From contig JBHLNZ010000062.1 of NCBI GenBank assembly GCA_048941015.1, positions 1 through 18,710 on the forward strand: a DNA stretch of 18,710 nt. Reading direction: 5' to 3'. The notes beneath the pieces are model-generated. The model searched no databases. It saw nothing but the letters and a program-made list of their open reading frames with translations, and was not told the DNA's origin. Each line of letters starts with the position of its first letter. The first letter of the stretch is position 1. Origin of the DNA: Promethearchaeota archaeon. Its GTDB lineage: Archaea; Asgardarchaeota; Lokiarchaeia; Sigyniarchaeales; SOKP01. Both the position numbers and the translations under genes were made by a program. Positions 6,558-15,967 of the stretch are shown here, piece by piece.

Positions 6558-8150
6558 ATGAGTAAAATGAAAATATTATATATCAACCCAGCTCGCTTAC
6601 AAGCGGGATTGGATTCCATCATAAAGGGTTCTCCTTTGAGTCTAATCTCGATTGCTGCTATGGTACCTGATCATTATGCAAAATTATTTGATTTTAAAGT
6701 TGATAAATATCGAGAAAAGCGTTTTCGTAGTGACTTAAACCGATTCGATGTTGTGGCTATAACAAGTATGACTCCTCAAATCTATCATGCGATAGAAGTA
6801 GCAGAGATGGCAAAAGAGCATGGTTGCACGACAATATTAGGAGGATATCATCCAACTTTAGCTCCAGAATTTGTAACGAAGCAAGAATGTGTAGATTACA
6901 CTATTCGAGGAGAAGGAGAACATACTTTCAAAGAATTGATTGACTATATAGATGGCACTCAAAACAAATCTTCTTTAAAAGATATTGATGGTTTATCATA
7001 TAAAGATAGCCAAGGAAAGATTATCCACAATAAAGAACGTCAATTAGAAAATAACTTAGATAATTTCCCCTTACCTAGAAGAGATTTATTAAAAGGAAAA
7101 TTATATTCTTACTTAGGAGCTACAACTCAACAGATAGAAACATCAAGAGGTTGTCCCCATAATTGTAAATTTTGTTGCATTATTAAGATGTGGAGAAACT
7201 CAAATCGTCCCATTACTTATCGAACGAAGTCGATTTCAAGAATAATGCAAGAAATTTATGATGTAGATTGGAAGAATGACTTTATTTTCTTTTGTGAAGA
7301 CAATTTCACAATTAATACAAAAAGGACGAATAAAATCTTAGATACCATTATCAAGTCAGGAGTCCAAAATAAAATGCATTTTTCTTGCCAATCCCGTGTT
7401 GATACTTTATATAAAAATCCAGATTTAATTAGCAAACTTCACAAAGCAAATTTTAGGCAAGTTTTTCTTGGAATTGAATCGGTTCATCAACAAAGTTTAG
7501 ATGCAATGAATAAGAGAAATACAACATCTGATATGGTAAAAGAAGTTGTAAAGAACTTACGAAATAAAGGAATTTCAATTTTTGGAGGTGTGATAATTGG
7601 ATTCCCAGGAGAAACCAAGCGAATGGTCAGACAAAATATTCAATATGCTATAGATTTAGATTTAGATTGCGTACAATTCACTCCGATTACTGCTTTTCCT
7701 GGAACAGATTTTTATGAAGAAATGAAGGAGAAAAACATGATAACTACTAAAAATTATAAGTATTATGACTTATTCTATCCAATGATGAGAACCCAAGATT
7801 TAACAACAATAGAAATGTATCAATTAGTTGCTGAGGCTTATGCTGCTTTTTATTTAAAAGGTTGGATTGTTAGGAGAGGTAAAGAATATTTAAATCCCTT
7901 TGGAAAGTTTAATTGGATGCTTTCATGCATGGGCAGATTAATAAAGCAGGGGATTATGGGCGGTTTAGGAATGCTTCATACCCAAGGTATAACTACTGAA
8001 GTCATCTCTGATGAATTAAAAAATAAGAAAGAATTGATGAAAGGTATCAATGAAACCTATCAAAAACAAATTAAAGAAGCCTTAATATTAGATCAACCAA
8101 AAAGCATATTCATATCAAAACAAAGTGCTGCTACTACAGAGCAATTATAG
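6558..8150 (+). CDS. Cobalamin-binding radical SAM enzyme (BchE/class B methyltransferase-like superfamily)
   Basis: N-terminal Rossmann B12 domain (VAITSMT, ILGGYHPT, IRGEGE); SRGCPHNCKFC CxxxCxxC; LGIES; IIGFPGET; TAFPGT. Confidence 0.92.
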   Translation: MSKMKILYINPARLQAGLDSIIKGSPLSLISIAAMVPDHYAKLFDFKVDKYREKRFRSDLNRFDVVAITSMTPQIYHAIEVAEMAKEHGCTTILGGYHPTLAPEFVTKQECVDYTIRGEGEHTFKELIDYIDGTQNKSSLKDIDGLSYKDSQGKIIHNKERQLENNLDNFPLPRRDLLKGKLYSYLGATTQQIETSRGCPHNCKFCCIIKMWRNSNRPITYRTKSISRIMQEIYDVDWKNDFIFFCEDNFTINTKRTNKILDTIIKSGVQNKMHFSCQSRVDTLYKNPDLISKLHKANFRQVFLGIESVHQQSLDAMNKRNTTSDMVKEVVKNLRNKGISIFGGVIIGFPGETKRMVRQNIQYAIDLDLDCVQFTPITAFPGTDFYEEMKEKNMITTKNYKYYDLFYPMMRTQDLTTIEMYQLVAEAYAAFYLKGWIVRRGKEYLNPFGKFNWMLSCMGRLIKQGIMGGLGMLHTQGITTEVISDELKNKKELMKGINETYQKQIKEALILDQPKSIFISKQSAATTEQL

Positions 8151-8429
8151 AAATAATTTTCCAATTCTAATTTTATAAATTTTTTCTAATTTTTCTTAAG
8201 TTAATACTTTTATTTCATAAGATAGAAAATTAGTCATTATTAATTATAGGGAATATTATGAAATTTATTAAAAGCAATAATAGTAATCAAGAATTGGATT
8301 CTTATAATTTGAATTAAAAATGTTTATAAAAGGAAAATTGATATTTTACATAATATCTTAAATTGTTTAAATAGGTCAAATTTAAATTTAAACTAATTAA
8401 ACTTAATCAATTGTTAAAATATGATTATT

Positions 8430-9122
8430 ATGGATGATGAAACTACCCTACCTAAAGAAAATCAGATAAAAAAAGATATAAAAAAAGAGGAAAAAATATT
8501 TTTGAGGAGTTATTCTAAAGTCATTTTCTTTTATCCACTTTTCTTTACATCTTTAATATTGTTTTTAATACAATATTTTGTGGGTATTGATGAACCGGGA
8601 TTCGGAGCAATTTGGATTACTGTTTTCTTTTCTAATTTATATGTTATAGCCTTCGATACTTCATCATCTAAATTCTTTATATTACTTTTGATTGCTATTA
8701 TCTTAATATTAATATTCACTTTTTTATTTCATCCAAATGTCATCATCTCCCAGATTTTATCTTTTGAAGTCACAATCATAATGACTTATCAATTTTATTT
8801 ATCTTCAGCTGTAACTCTGGGTTTTATTTTTTTAGTAGCTTGGATAGCTACTAGATTTAATTATTGGAAATTGGAAAGAAATGAGATTATTCATAAAAGA
8901 GGTATTTTTGTTTCAATTGGCAGATATCCTACAAAAAGTTTACGTATTAAAAAGGAAATTCCGGATCTTTTTGAATTTTTCTTGTTAAAATCTGGTTCAA
9001 TTCAATTATTTTTAGCAAATAATGAAGTAGTTCATCTAGATACTATTTTAAATATCAATAAAAAAGCGAAACAGATTGATTACTTACTTAGCGATATTGA
9101 AGTTGAAATTGAAAAGAGTTAA
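8430..9122 (+). CDS. Membrane protein (about 4 TMs) with a C-terminal bacterial PH-like (bPH_2) domain
   Basis: Four hydrophobic segments followed by YWKLERNEIIHKRGIF...DLFEFFLLKSGSIQL, which resembles the bPH_2 pattern. Start is ATG 8421 or 8430. Confidence 0.65.
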   Translation: MDDETTLPKENQIKKDIKKEEKIFLRSYSKVIFFYPLFFTSLILFLIQYFVGIDEPGFGAIWITVFFSNLYVIAFDTSSSKFFILLLIAIILILIFTFLFHPNVIISQILSFEVTIIMTYQFYLSSAVTLGFIFLVAWIATRFNYWKLERNEIIHKRGIFVSIGRYPTKSLRIKKEIPDLFEFFLLKSGSIQLFLANNEVVHLDTILNINKKAKQIDYLLSDIEVEIEKS

Positions 9123-9131
9123 TTTTTTTTT
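9123..9131 (+). terminator. Putative oligo-T terminator
   Basis: T9 immediately after the stop codon at 9120-9122. Confidence 0.4.
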
Positions 9132-9229
9132 ATGAAATGTTTAATTTTAAATAACAACTTTTGCTTTACTTTATAAAAAACTTTCAGAGTTAATATTTTT
9201 AAAAAATCTGATTCAAAATAAATTTTAAT

Positions 9230-11380
9230 ATGGATAATAACGACATAATTTACTTTAACTATCCATTCTTAAAAAAGAACAAACTCCTTTACCGACAATA
9301 TCAAGAAAGTATTGTTCAGAATTGTAAAAACAGAAATTCCTTAGTGGTTTTACCTACTGGATTAGGAAAAACAATTATTGCGGTAATATTAATTGCAAAA
9401 GCACTTGAAAAGTATCCTAAGGGTAAAGTAATTATTCTTGCTCCTACTAGGCCCTTAGTTTATCAACATAAAAGATCCTGCGAAAAATTTCTTGATATTA
9501 AAAAAGATAATATTATCACCTTAACTGGCAAAGTGTCTCCTGAAAATAGATCACTGCAATTTTTTAACTCCCAAATTATAATATCTACTCCTCAGGTAAT
9601 AAAGAATGATTTAGATAAAGAAAGATACAACTTAAAGCATGTATCTTTAATTGTTTTTGATGAATCACATCGGACAAGAAGAAATTATGCCTATAATTAT
9701 ATTTCAAAAGAATATATTGATGCTTGCTCAGATCCATTGATATTGGGATTAACAGCATCTCCAGGGAAAGATTATAACCATATTCAAGAATTATGTGATA
9801 ATTTATTTATTGAGAATGTAGTGTTTAAAAATTATAATGATAAAGATGTTCAAAAATACATTTATGAAATTGATACTTATCTTGAGGTTGTTAATTTACC
9901 TATTAAACTTTTAGAGTTAAGTGCAGTTTGGGATAATCTATTCCAGCGATTTCTGAGATTCTTTATCGAAAGAAAATTAATCCCACCAAACAAACCGTAC
10001 TATTCAAAATTAGATTTTTTATCATTATCTCGAGATTTAACTATATCCTTGCGTTTAGAGAATGATTATAGTTCAATATTTTCAGAAGAAAATTACTTAG
10101 AATTATTGTACTTTAAATCTCCAAAGATCATTGATATTATTAGAGAAAGAAACCTAAATATTCAAACGATTTTTTCTTATTGTTCAAGCTGTATTTCTTT
10201 ATTACATGGTAAAGATTTACTAGAAACGCAAAATGTAACTTTATTTAAATCATTTTTAGATAAACTAAAGTTTAAAGCAGGCCAGGATATCCTATCTGCC
10301 AAAAGAATCATTGATTCTGAACATATTAAATTTATTGACACGATGCTAACTAATTACTGTGATGAAATTTCTCATCCAAAAATATCCAAATTATTATTGA
10401 TTTTAGAAGAAGAATTAAATGAGTATCATAATAATAAGATTTTAATCTTTACCCAATATCGAGAGATGGCAGAATATCTAAAAAATAGATTAAATAGAGA
10501 ATTAGAACATAAAGTAAGAGTAGAAAAATTTATTGGACAAACAACTAAAGTTGATGATTTAGGTTATACGCAAGACAAACAGGTTGAAATACTGAATCAA
10601 TTTAGAGAAGGGAAAATCAGCATTCTTATCGCAACAAGTGTTGCTGAAGAAGGATTAGATATACCTAATGTTGATGCAATAGTTTTTTATGAGCCTGTTC
10701 CTTCAGAAATTAGATTAATCCAAAGAAGAGGAAGAACTGGGCGAACTGCTTCTGGAAGATGCTATATTCTTGCAACTCGTTCTACAGTAGATATACCTTT
10801 TTATAAAATTTCTGAAAGAAAAGAAATGACCATGAATGAGGTACTATCTCACCCAAAGCAGTTAGATTTGTGTAATAATATAAAACGAAAAAAAATCGAT
10901 TTTTCCACATTTTTAGAAGAGTATTCAGAAGAAAATTTCTTAGAAAAAGCTCAAGAAAGAAAGGAAAAAGAGAGAGAATTACTTGCCAATAAGTCAATAG
11001 AAGAAATTATCTTAGAGCTTGATAATTTCGTTAATAGTGATGAATATAAAACTTTAAAGAAGTATGGGATTACTCTTTATAATGATGTCTTAGATATAGA
11101 TAAATCAAAATTAAAAGCTTCTTTAGTACGTTTAAAATCAAGAGGAACAAAGACAATTCGAGAGAATAGAAATTATCTTAATAAGAAATTAAAGACATTA
11201 ATTAATATTGTAAAGAATTTTTGTATAGATGGTAAGATCGACTTTCTCTCTTTTAAACAACGCGCTCATGATGAAGAAATATCAGAAGATAAATTTTATC
11301 TTCATTTCAATCAAGCTTGTTATTTAGGGTATCTTAAAAGAATTGGTGATGATGTTCAATTAGTTATGGATTATGAATAG
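9230..11380 (+). CDS. hef: Hef/FANCM/Mph1-family SF2 DNA helicase without an ERCC4 nuclease domain; C-terminal winged helix
   Basis: RQYQ, LPTGLGKT, LAPTRPLV, STPQ, DESHR, GLTASPG, IFTQYR, ATSVAEEGLDIP, YEPVPSEIRLIQRRGRTGR. Confidence 0.92.
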   Translation: MDNNDIIYFNYPFLKKNKLLYRQYQESIVQNCKNRNSLVVLPTGLGKTIIAVILIAKALEKYPKGKVIILAPTRPLVYQHKRSCEKFLDIKKDNIITLTGKVSPENRSLQFFNSQIIISTPQVIKNDLDKERYNLKHVSLIVFDESHRTRRNYAYNYISKEYIDACSDPLILGLTASPGKDYNHIQELCDNLFIENVVFKNYNDKDVQKYIYEIDTYLEVVNLPIKLLELSAVWDNLFQRFLRFFIERKLIPPNKPYYSKLDFLSLSRDLTISLRLENDYSSIFSEENYLELLYFKSPKIIDIIRERNLNIQTIFSYCSSCISLLHGKDLLETQNVTLFKSFLDKLKFKAGQDILSAKRIIDSEHIKFIDTMLTNYCDEISHPKISKLLLILEEELNEYHNNKILIFTQYREMAEYLKNRLNRELEHKVRVEKFIGQTTKVDDLGYTQDKQVEILNQFREGKISILIATSVAEEGLDIPNVDAIVFYEPVPSEIRLIQRRGRTGRTASGRCYILATRSTVDIPFYKISERKEMTMNEVLSHPKQLDLCNNIKRKKIDFSTFLEEYSEENFLEKAQERKEKERELLANKSIEEIILELDNFVNSDEYKTLKKYGITLYNDVLDIDKSKLKASLVRLKSRGTKTIRENRNYLNKKLKTLINIVKNFCIDGKIDFLSFKQRAHDEEISEDKFYLHFNQACYLGYLKRIGDDVQLVMDYE

Positions 11381-11384
11381 CTTA

Positions 11385-14300
11385 CTAAACTTTCTTTTCC
11401 TTTCTTTTTTTAAATATAATATAGAATAAGATAACAATTGCGCATATAATTAATATAATAAGGATCCCGGGATTTCCTCCTGTAGCTGTAGACAAGGATA
11501 TTGTTATAGACAAGATTGCAGCTACGAAAGTAAAAATGCTGTAATTTTGAGTGGTAAAATTCTTTAAATGCTTGTAAAACATATAAAACCGAAAATTCAT
11601 CTTCTTAATAACCTCTAGTTCTGTTTCATCTAAATCTTTTAAAACCTCAGGATTTTCGTAATATAAACCTAATCGAGGTTCATATTTTCCTAATAAACTA
11701 CCTGCGCTTATTAATGAAATGAGTCTATCTTGGATTATTTGTTTCTTAATTTTTAATTCGTTTTGTAAAAAGCTTAAAGTTAAGTATTCATTAGCAACAG
11801 CTTTAATTGCCATTTCTACATATGATTTAATTATTAATTCTTCTAATGACTTCACTTTTTCATTAAGAATATCATAAAAACTCTTCAAGAATTGCTCAAA
11901 ATCAGAAATAATATGTTTATTTTTAGTTGAAAAATTTTTGGAGTGTTTATCATAATCCTTAATCAATAATTTAACGTTTTTATAAATTTCTTTTAATTCA
12001 TTTTGAATTCCTTTTTCTCTTTTTGATACTTTACTATAAGCTCGTTTGAATTCTTCATAATCAATATAATCTTCGACTCGAGCTTGTAGAGTTCCAAGAA
12101 GCTGGCTTAGATGTATCTTATATTTATTTAAATGTTCAATGAAATTGTTGCGGAACGATTCATCTTTTAAATGATTAATTTCTTCATTAATCATTTTTAT
12201 TTTGTCTTCAAAGAATTTTTGTAATTGTTTTTTATAGGAAACAAAAAATTCCCTAATTTCCGTTTCAAATTTCTTTGAATCCGATGATTTTTCTAAGGTT
12301 TCAGTTATTTGATTTTCAACTTTTTCATATGATAATTCCAATTTGTTTTCAATTCTTTGCTTTTTGTTTTCTAATACTTCAATTAATTTAGAGTATGAAT
12401 GACTTTCTTCATAACCTTCAAAAAATCTTGAAAATTCTTTTTCTAGATTTAATTTTAGGGCATTAAATTCTTGACCAATAGAATTTTGCAAGTTAGAAAA
12501 TTGTTTCAAGCTATTCTGAATAGAATTGATTGCTAAATTATTATTCTCAATTGTTTCTTCGAAACTTTTTCTGATTTCGATACTCTCATGTCTATTTTCT
12601 CTGATATTAAGCTCTTGGAACTTCTTTTGAAATTGCTGTCTAATTTGACTTTCAACACTAGAAAAATCATCAATTCTGTTTTGGATCTCAAGAAAATTAA
12701 CTGCTAAAGTTTTATTTCTTATGCTCGAATCATAAAGTGCTAAAATTTTTCCTACTGTTTTTTGCGTGTTTTTTAATAACTTATTCTGAGTATAAATCAT
12801 TAATTCATTAATTTTATAGTAATGCTCAGTGTGAACAGTAATATTTTTATTATCCTCATTAAGGTCTCCTTGTATTCTCGAGCTTTCAATCATTTCTTTA
12901 ATTCTTGAAATTAATGCTTTACATTTTAAACTTAATTTGTCAGATAATTTTTTAAGATCCACTCTATCTGTATTTTCATTTTCACAAAATAAATTCATCT
13001 CATCTATTATAATTTGATTTACATACTCCTCTTTCAATTTAGATATCTCATTGTTTAAAAATTCTCGAAATTTTTCCCATTGTATTGTAGTGATTGAAGA
13101 AGCATCAGAATTTTCAACTATATTTTTTAAATTATTTAACTTTTTGAGGTATTTTTTATTTACATTATCCAATTCGATGAGAATTCTATCAAATCCTTGT
13201 ATTACTTGGTTAATTCTTTTCTCTTGCATTTGATTTAGTTTAGATTTATATTCTTCAACTTCATTTTTGAAATTTTTCATTTCATCAGATACAAAATTAT
13301 CGAAGTCTTCTATTTTTGCTCTATTTCTTTCTTCTAATACGCTATTTTTTAGAGATTGGACTTGTTCTGCAATGATATCTATTATATTCTCTTCTAATGT
13401 TTCTAATTTGTCTTGTAGATATTTATAAAGAAGATATAGTTTTTGTTTATTTTCTGTTTCGTTTTTAATCTGAGATTTAAGCTCTTTAATTTCTTGAATT
13501 TTTTTATTAAGTAAATTATCAGATTCTTTTTTTATAATCTCGAATGCATCTTTAAATTTATTCTCATCCACCTTAACTTGAGCGAGATTTTTAAGTTTAT
13601 TAATCTCTATTTGAATGATTTCATTAGTATTTTCAACAATTTTCATCTTGTTATTAAAAAATTGAAAACCATCTGAATAATAATTAGATAGTGTATCAAA
13701 ATTTTCTTTAAAGTTAACCCAACCACTTATTATTTTCTTATGTTTCTTTACTATTTTATCATCTTTGGTTTTTATCTGTTGAGATACCTTGTAAATAATA
13801 TTATCATACTTACTTACATATTGAGAAATCCTATTAAAAGCCTGAATTATTAAATTGAACTTTTCTTCACTATAGTTGGATTCTAAAACTTCTTTAAAAT
13901 ATTTTTCGTATGAATCTAATTCTTTTTTAATGTAATCTTCTACTTCTGCAACTTTTTTCTCTAATTCATCTAATACTTTATCAAATTGTTTGATTTCCTC
14001 TTTTTCTAATATCTTCTCTTTAAGATATCTATCAAGGCTATTAAGTCTATCATGTAAAAAAATATAAGATTTTTTCCAACGTGAAATTTCAGAGGCTAAT
14101 CTTGCTTGAATATTAATATATTTTAATTCTTCATTAAAAGAATTTTCAATATTTTCATTTAAAAAATCCGCTTCCATTAACGCATTTCTTAATATAAATT
14201 TCAATCTTTCTTTAGCATAATTTATCTCATCTAAAAGTAAATAAGATTCAATTTCTTCCTTAATTTGAGAAATGGCATTATTTAGCTTTAAAGTCATATT

Positions 14301-15797
14301 ATAAATATCGTTCTTAATATCAATTATTATTTCTTTTTCATTGGAAAGAGCTTCTGAATCGATTTCCATATCCGCAATAATAATTTTTTCATATACAAAA
14401 TCCAAACAAAGAAAATACTTCTTCCTAAAAGATATTCCCCTTCTTGTTCTTATCTCTCCTTTGAAAAGATGCTTATTTATCATCTCTTTTATATAAGGAA
14501 AAAGATCTTCCTTTAGTTTCATGGGTTCGTAAAGTGATGAATTTCTATACTTCTTAAAAATGTCTGAAAGTGATATAATACTTTTTTGTTGAATTTGATT
14601 GAAAATTTCTTTGAGAACTATTTTCTTTCCTTCAGAAAATTCACTTATATATTGATTGAATTCTACTAAACAATCTAAAATTCTCAAATTAAAATTGTAA
14701 TTAAGATTAATGAATAATATTATCTCGTCGATCCCATGACTTAATCCTAAGATCGATTTTATTTGATTGACATCAATAAACTTTTCTTTCTCTAAATGCC
14801 TGAAAATTATCCTTTCTATCTCTTCAATAAATTTGTTCCAAATATATGATAAAATTATAACCAATTTTGATAAAATCTTGACACTTGTAAAATCCCAGTT
14901 TTCTTCATGATCTAGTAATTCATTCACTTTTTTGTTTATAAAAGAATAAATTTCTGCGGGATTATAATCTATCTTCCAAGAATATAACTCAAGAATATAT
15001 GCAATCCAAAATGAAGTGGTTATTGAGCCCATAGCATCATCATAACTAAAACCACCATCATTTCTTTGATATTGATAAAGATTTTCTATTTCCTTATCTT
15101 TTACTTCAGAATCTAAATCAAGTGCTTTAATAATTGCTAATTTATATACAATAGAAGAATCTTTTCTAATATAATCAATATAAGATTGAAATTGTTTAGT
15201 ATATAAGCGAATTTCAATATTTAAAAGTCTTAAAATTTCCGTAACAAAGTAGAGTGTCTTGGCATATGAATCTTTTTCGCAAATTTCACAATTCTTATCG
15301 AAACAATGTAAAAATTTATGCCCTTTTTTATGAGCATTAATAAAATTAAAGATTTTTCTTTCGATATTATCTTTTTCTTTGGAAGTGATATATTCCTTTA
15401 ACATCCCTAAAATGCTTAATGCTGAAAATGCATAGTAAGTAGACCAGATATCAGGCTCCTTCCCTTGATCTGGAGCTGATTTAAACCCTAACTGATCATA
15501 GTCATGAATTTCAACTTCACAATTCTTAATAAACTTAAAAATCTCTTCTTTTTGATCTTCTCTATTTTCTTTTAAATATTTTCTCAATAAAAGTAGCCAA
15601 TACAAATTTTCGAGAGTTAAAGATTTATTAGAAAGAAAAGTTTCATTAATTTTTTTATAAATTTTGACAATTTGATTATATTGACTTAAATAGAAGCTAC
15701 TGATGTCCTTACTATCAATAATAACAAAGGATTTAAACGGTTCCTTTTTGAATTCACTAATGTACGGGTACGCCGTCTTTTTTTCTACTTTTGCCAA
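11385..15797 (-). CDS. Giant (1470 aa) protein: prenyltransferase-beta/squalene-cyclase-repeat-like head, PCI-like winged helices, long coiled coils, two C-terminal TM helices
   Basis: Uninterrupted 4.4-kb ORF with a TTG start and GGGG upstream. Motifs GFKSAPDQGKEPDIWSTYYAFSALSILG and YQRNDGGFS; heptad-rich K/E/Q helices; hydrophobic C-terminal hairpin followed by KKRKEKKV. Confidence 0.8.
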   Translation of the reverse strand: MAKVEKKTAYPYISEFKKEPFKSFVIIDSKDISSFYLSQYNQIVKIYKKINETFLSNKSLTLENLYWLLLLRKYLKENREDQKEEIFKFIKNCEVEIHDYDQLGFKSAPDQGKEPDIWSTYYAFSALSILGMLKEYITSKEKDNIERKIFNFINAHKKGHKFLHCFDKNCEICEKDSYAKTLYFVTEILRLLNIEIRLYTKQFQSYIDYIRKDSSIVYKLAIIKALDLDSEVKDKEIENLYQYQRNDGGFSYDDAMGSITTSFWIAYILELYSWKIDYNPAEIYSFINKKVNELLDHEENWDFTSVKILSKLVIILSYIWNKFIEEIERIIFRHLEKEKFIDVNQIKSILGLSHGIDEIILFINLNYNFNLRILDCLVEFNQYISEFSEGKKIVLKEIFNQIQQKSIISLSDIFKKYRNSSLYEPMKLKEDLFPYIKEMINKHLFKGEIRTRRGISFRKKYFLCLDFVYEKIIIADMEIDSEALSNEKEIIIDIKNDIYNMTLKLNNAISQIKEEIESYLLLDEINYAKERLKFILRNALMEADFLNENIENSFNEELKYINIQARLASEISRWKKSYIFLHDRLNSLDRYLKEKILEKEEIKQFDKVLDELEKKVAEVEDYIKKELDSYEKYFKEVLESNYSEEKFNLIIQAFNRISQYVSKYDNIIYKVSQQIKTKDDKIVKKHKKIISGWVNFKENFDTLSNYYSDGFQFFNNKMKIVENTNEIIQIEINKLKNLAQVKVDENKFKDAFEIIKKESDNLLNKKIQEIKELKSQIKNETENKQKLYLLYKYLQDKLETLEENIIDIIAEQVQSLKNSVLEERNRAKIEDFDNFVSDEMKNFKNEVEEYKSKLNQMQEKRINQVIQGFDRILIELDNVNKKYLKKLNNLKNIVENSDASSITTIQWEKFREFLNNEISKLKEEYVNQIIIDEMNLFCENENTDRVDLKKLSDKLSLKCKALISRIKEMIESSRIQGDLNEDNKNITVHTEHYYKINELMIYTQNKLLKNTQKTVGKILALYDSSIRNKTLAVNFLEIQNRIDDFSSVESQIRQQFQKKFQELNIRENRHESIEIRKSFEETIENNNLAINSIQNSLKQFSNLQNSIGQEFNALKLNLEKEFSRFFEGYEESHSYSKLIEVLENKKQRIENKLELSYEKVENQITETLEKSSDSKKFETEIREFFVSYKKQLQKFFEDKIKMINEEINHLKDESFRNNFIEHLNKYKIHLSQLLGTLQARVEDYIDYEEFKRAYSKVSKREKGIQNELKEIYKNVKLLIKDYDKHSKNFSTKNKHIISDFEQFLKSFYDILNEKVKSLEELIIKSYVEMAIKAVANEYLTLSFLQNELKIKKQIIQDRLISLISAGSLLGKYEPRLGLYYENPEVLKDLDETELEVIKKMNFRFYMFYKHLKNFTTQNYSIFTFVAAILSITISLSTATGGNPGILIILIICAIVILFYIIFKKRKEKKV

Positions 15798-15967
15798 TTA
15801 GAAGAGACCCCTAAATTCATTTTGATTATAATGAAAATAATGGCATATATTTTTTTGGGATTGAAAACATTCTTTAATATTTCATACTTTTAAAACCCAA
15901 ATATTTCAGACTTATTAGAGATTATTTCTTAGAGAAATTACCATTTTCGTTTCTGGTGTACATATTA

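Noticed and set aside
10810-10835. SERKE in Hef as the ERCC4 ERK nuclease motif
   Set aside because: It lies in the helix right after helicase motif VI and lacks the preceding GDY/beta-strand context.
11385-15797. Giant coiled-coil protein as SMC/Rad50 partnering the convergent Hef helicase
   Set aside because: No Walker A/B, ABC signature, hinge or central CxxC hook; it has C-terminal TMs instead.
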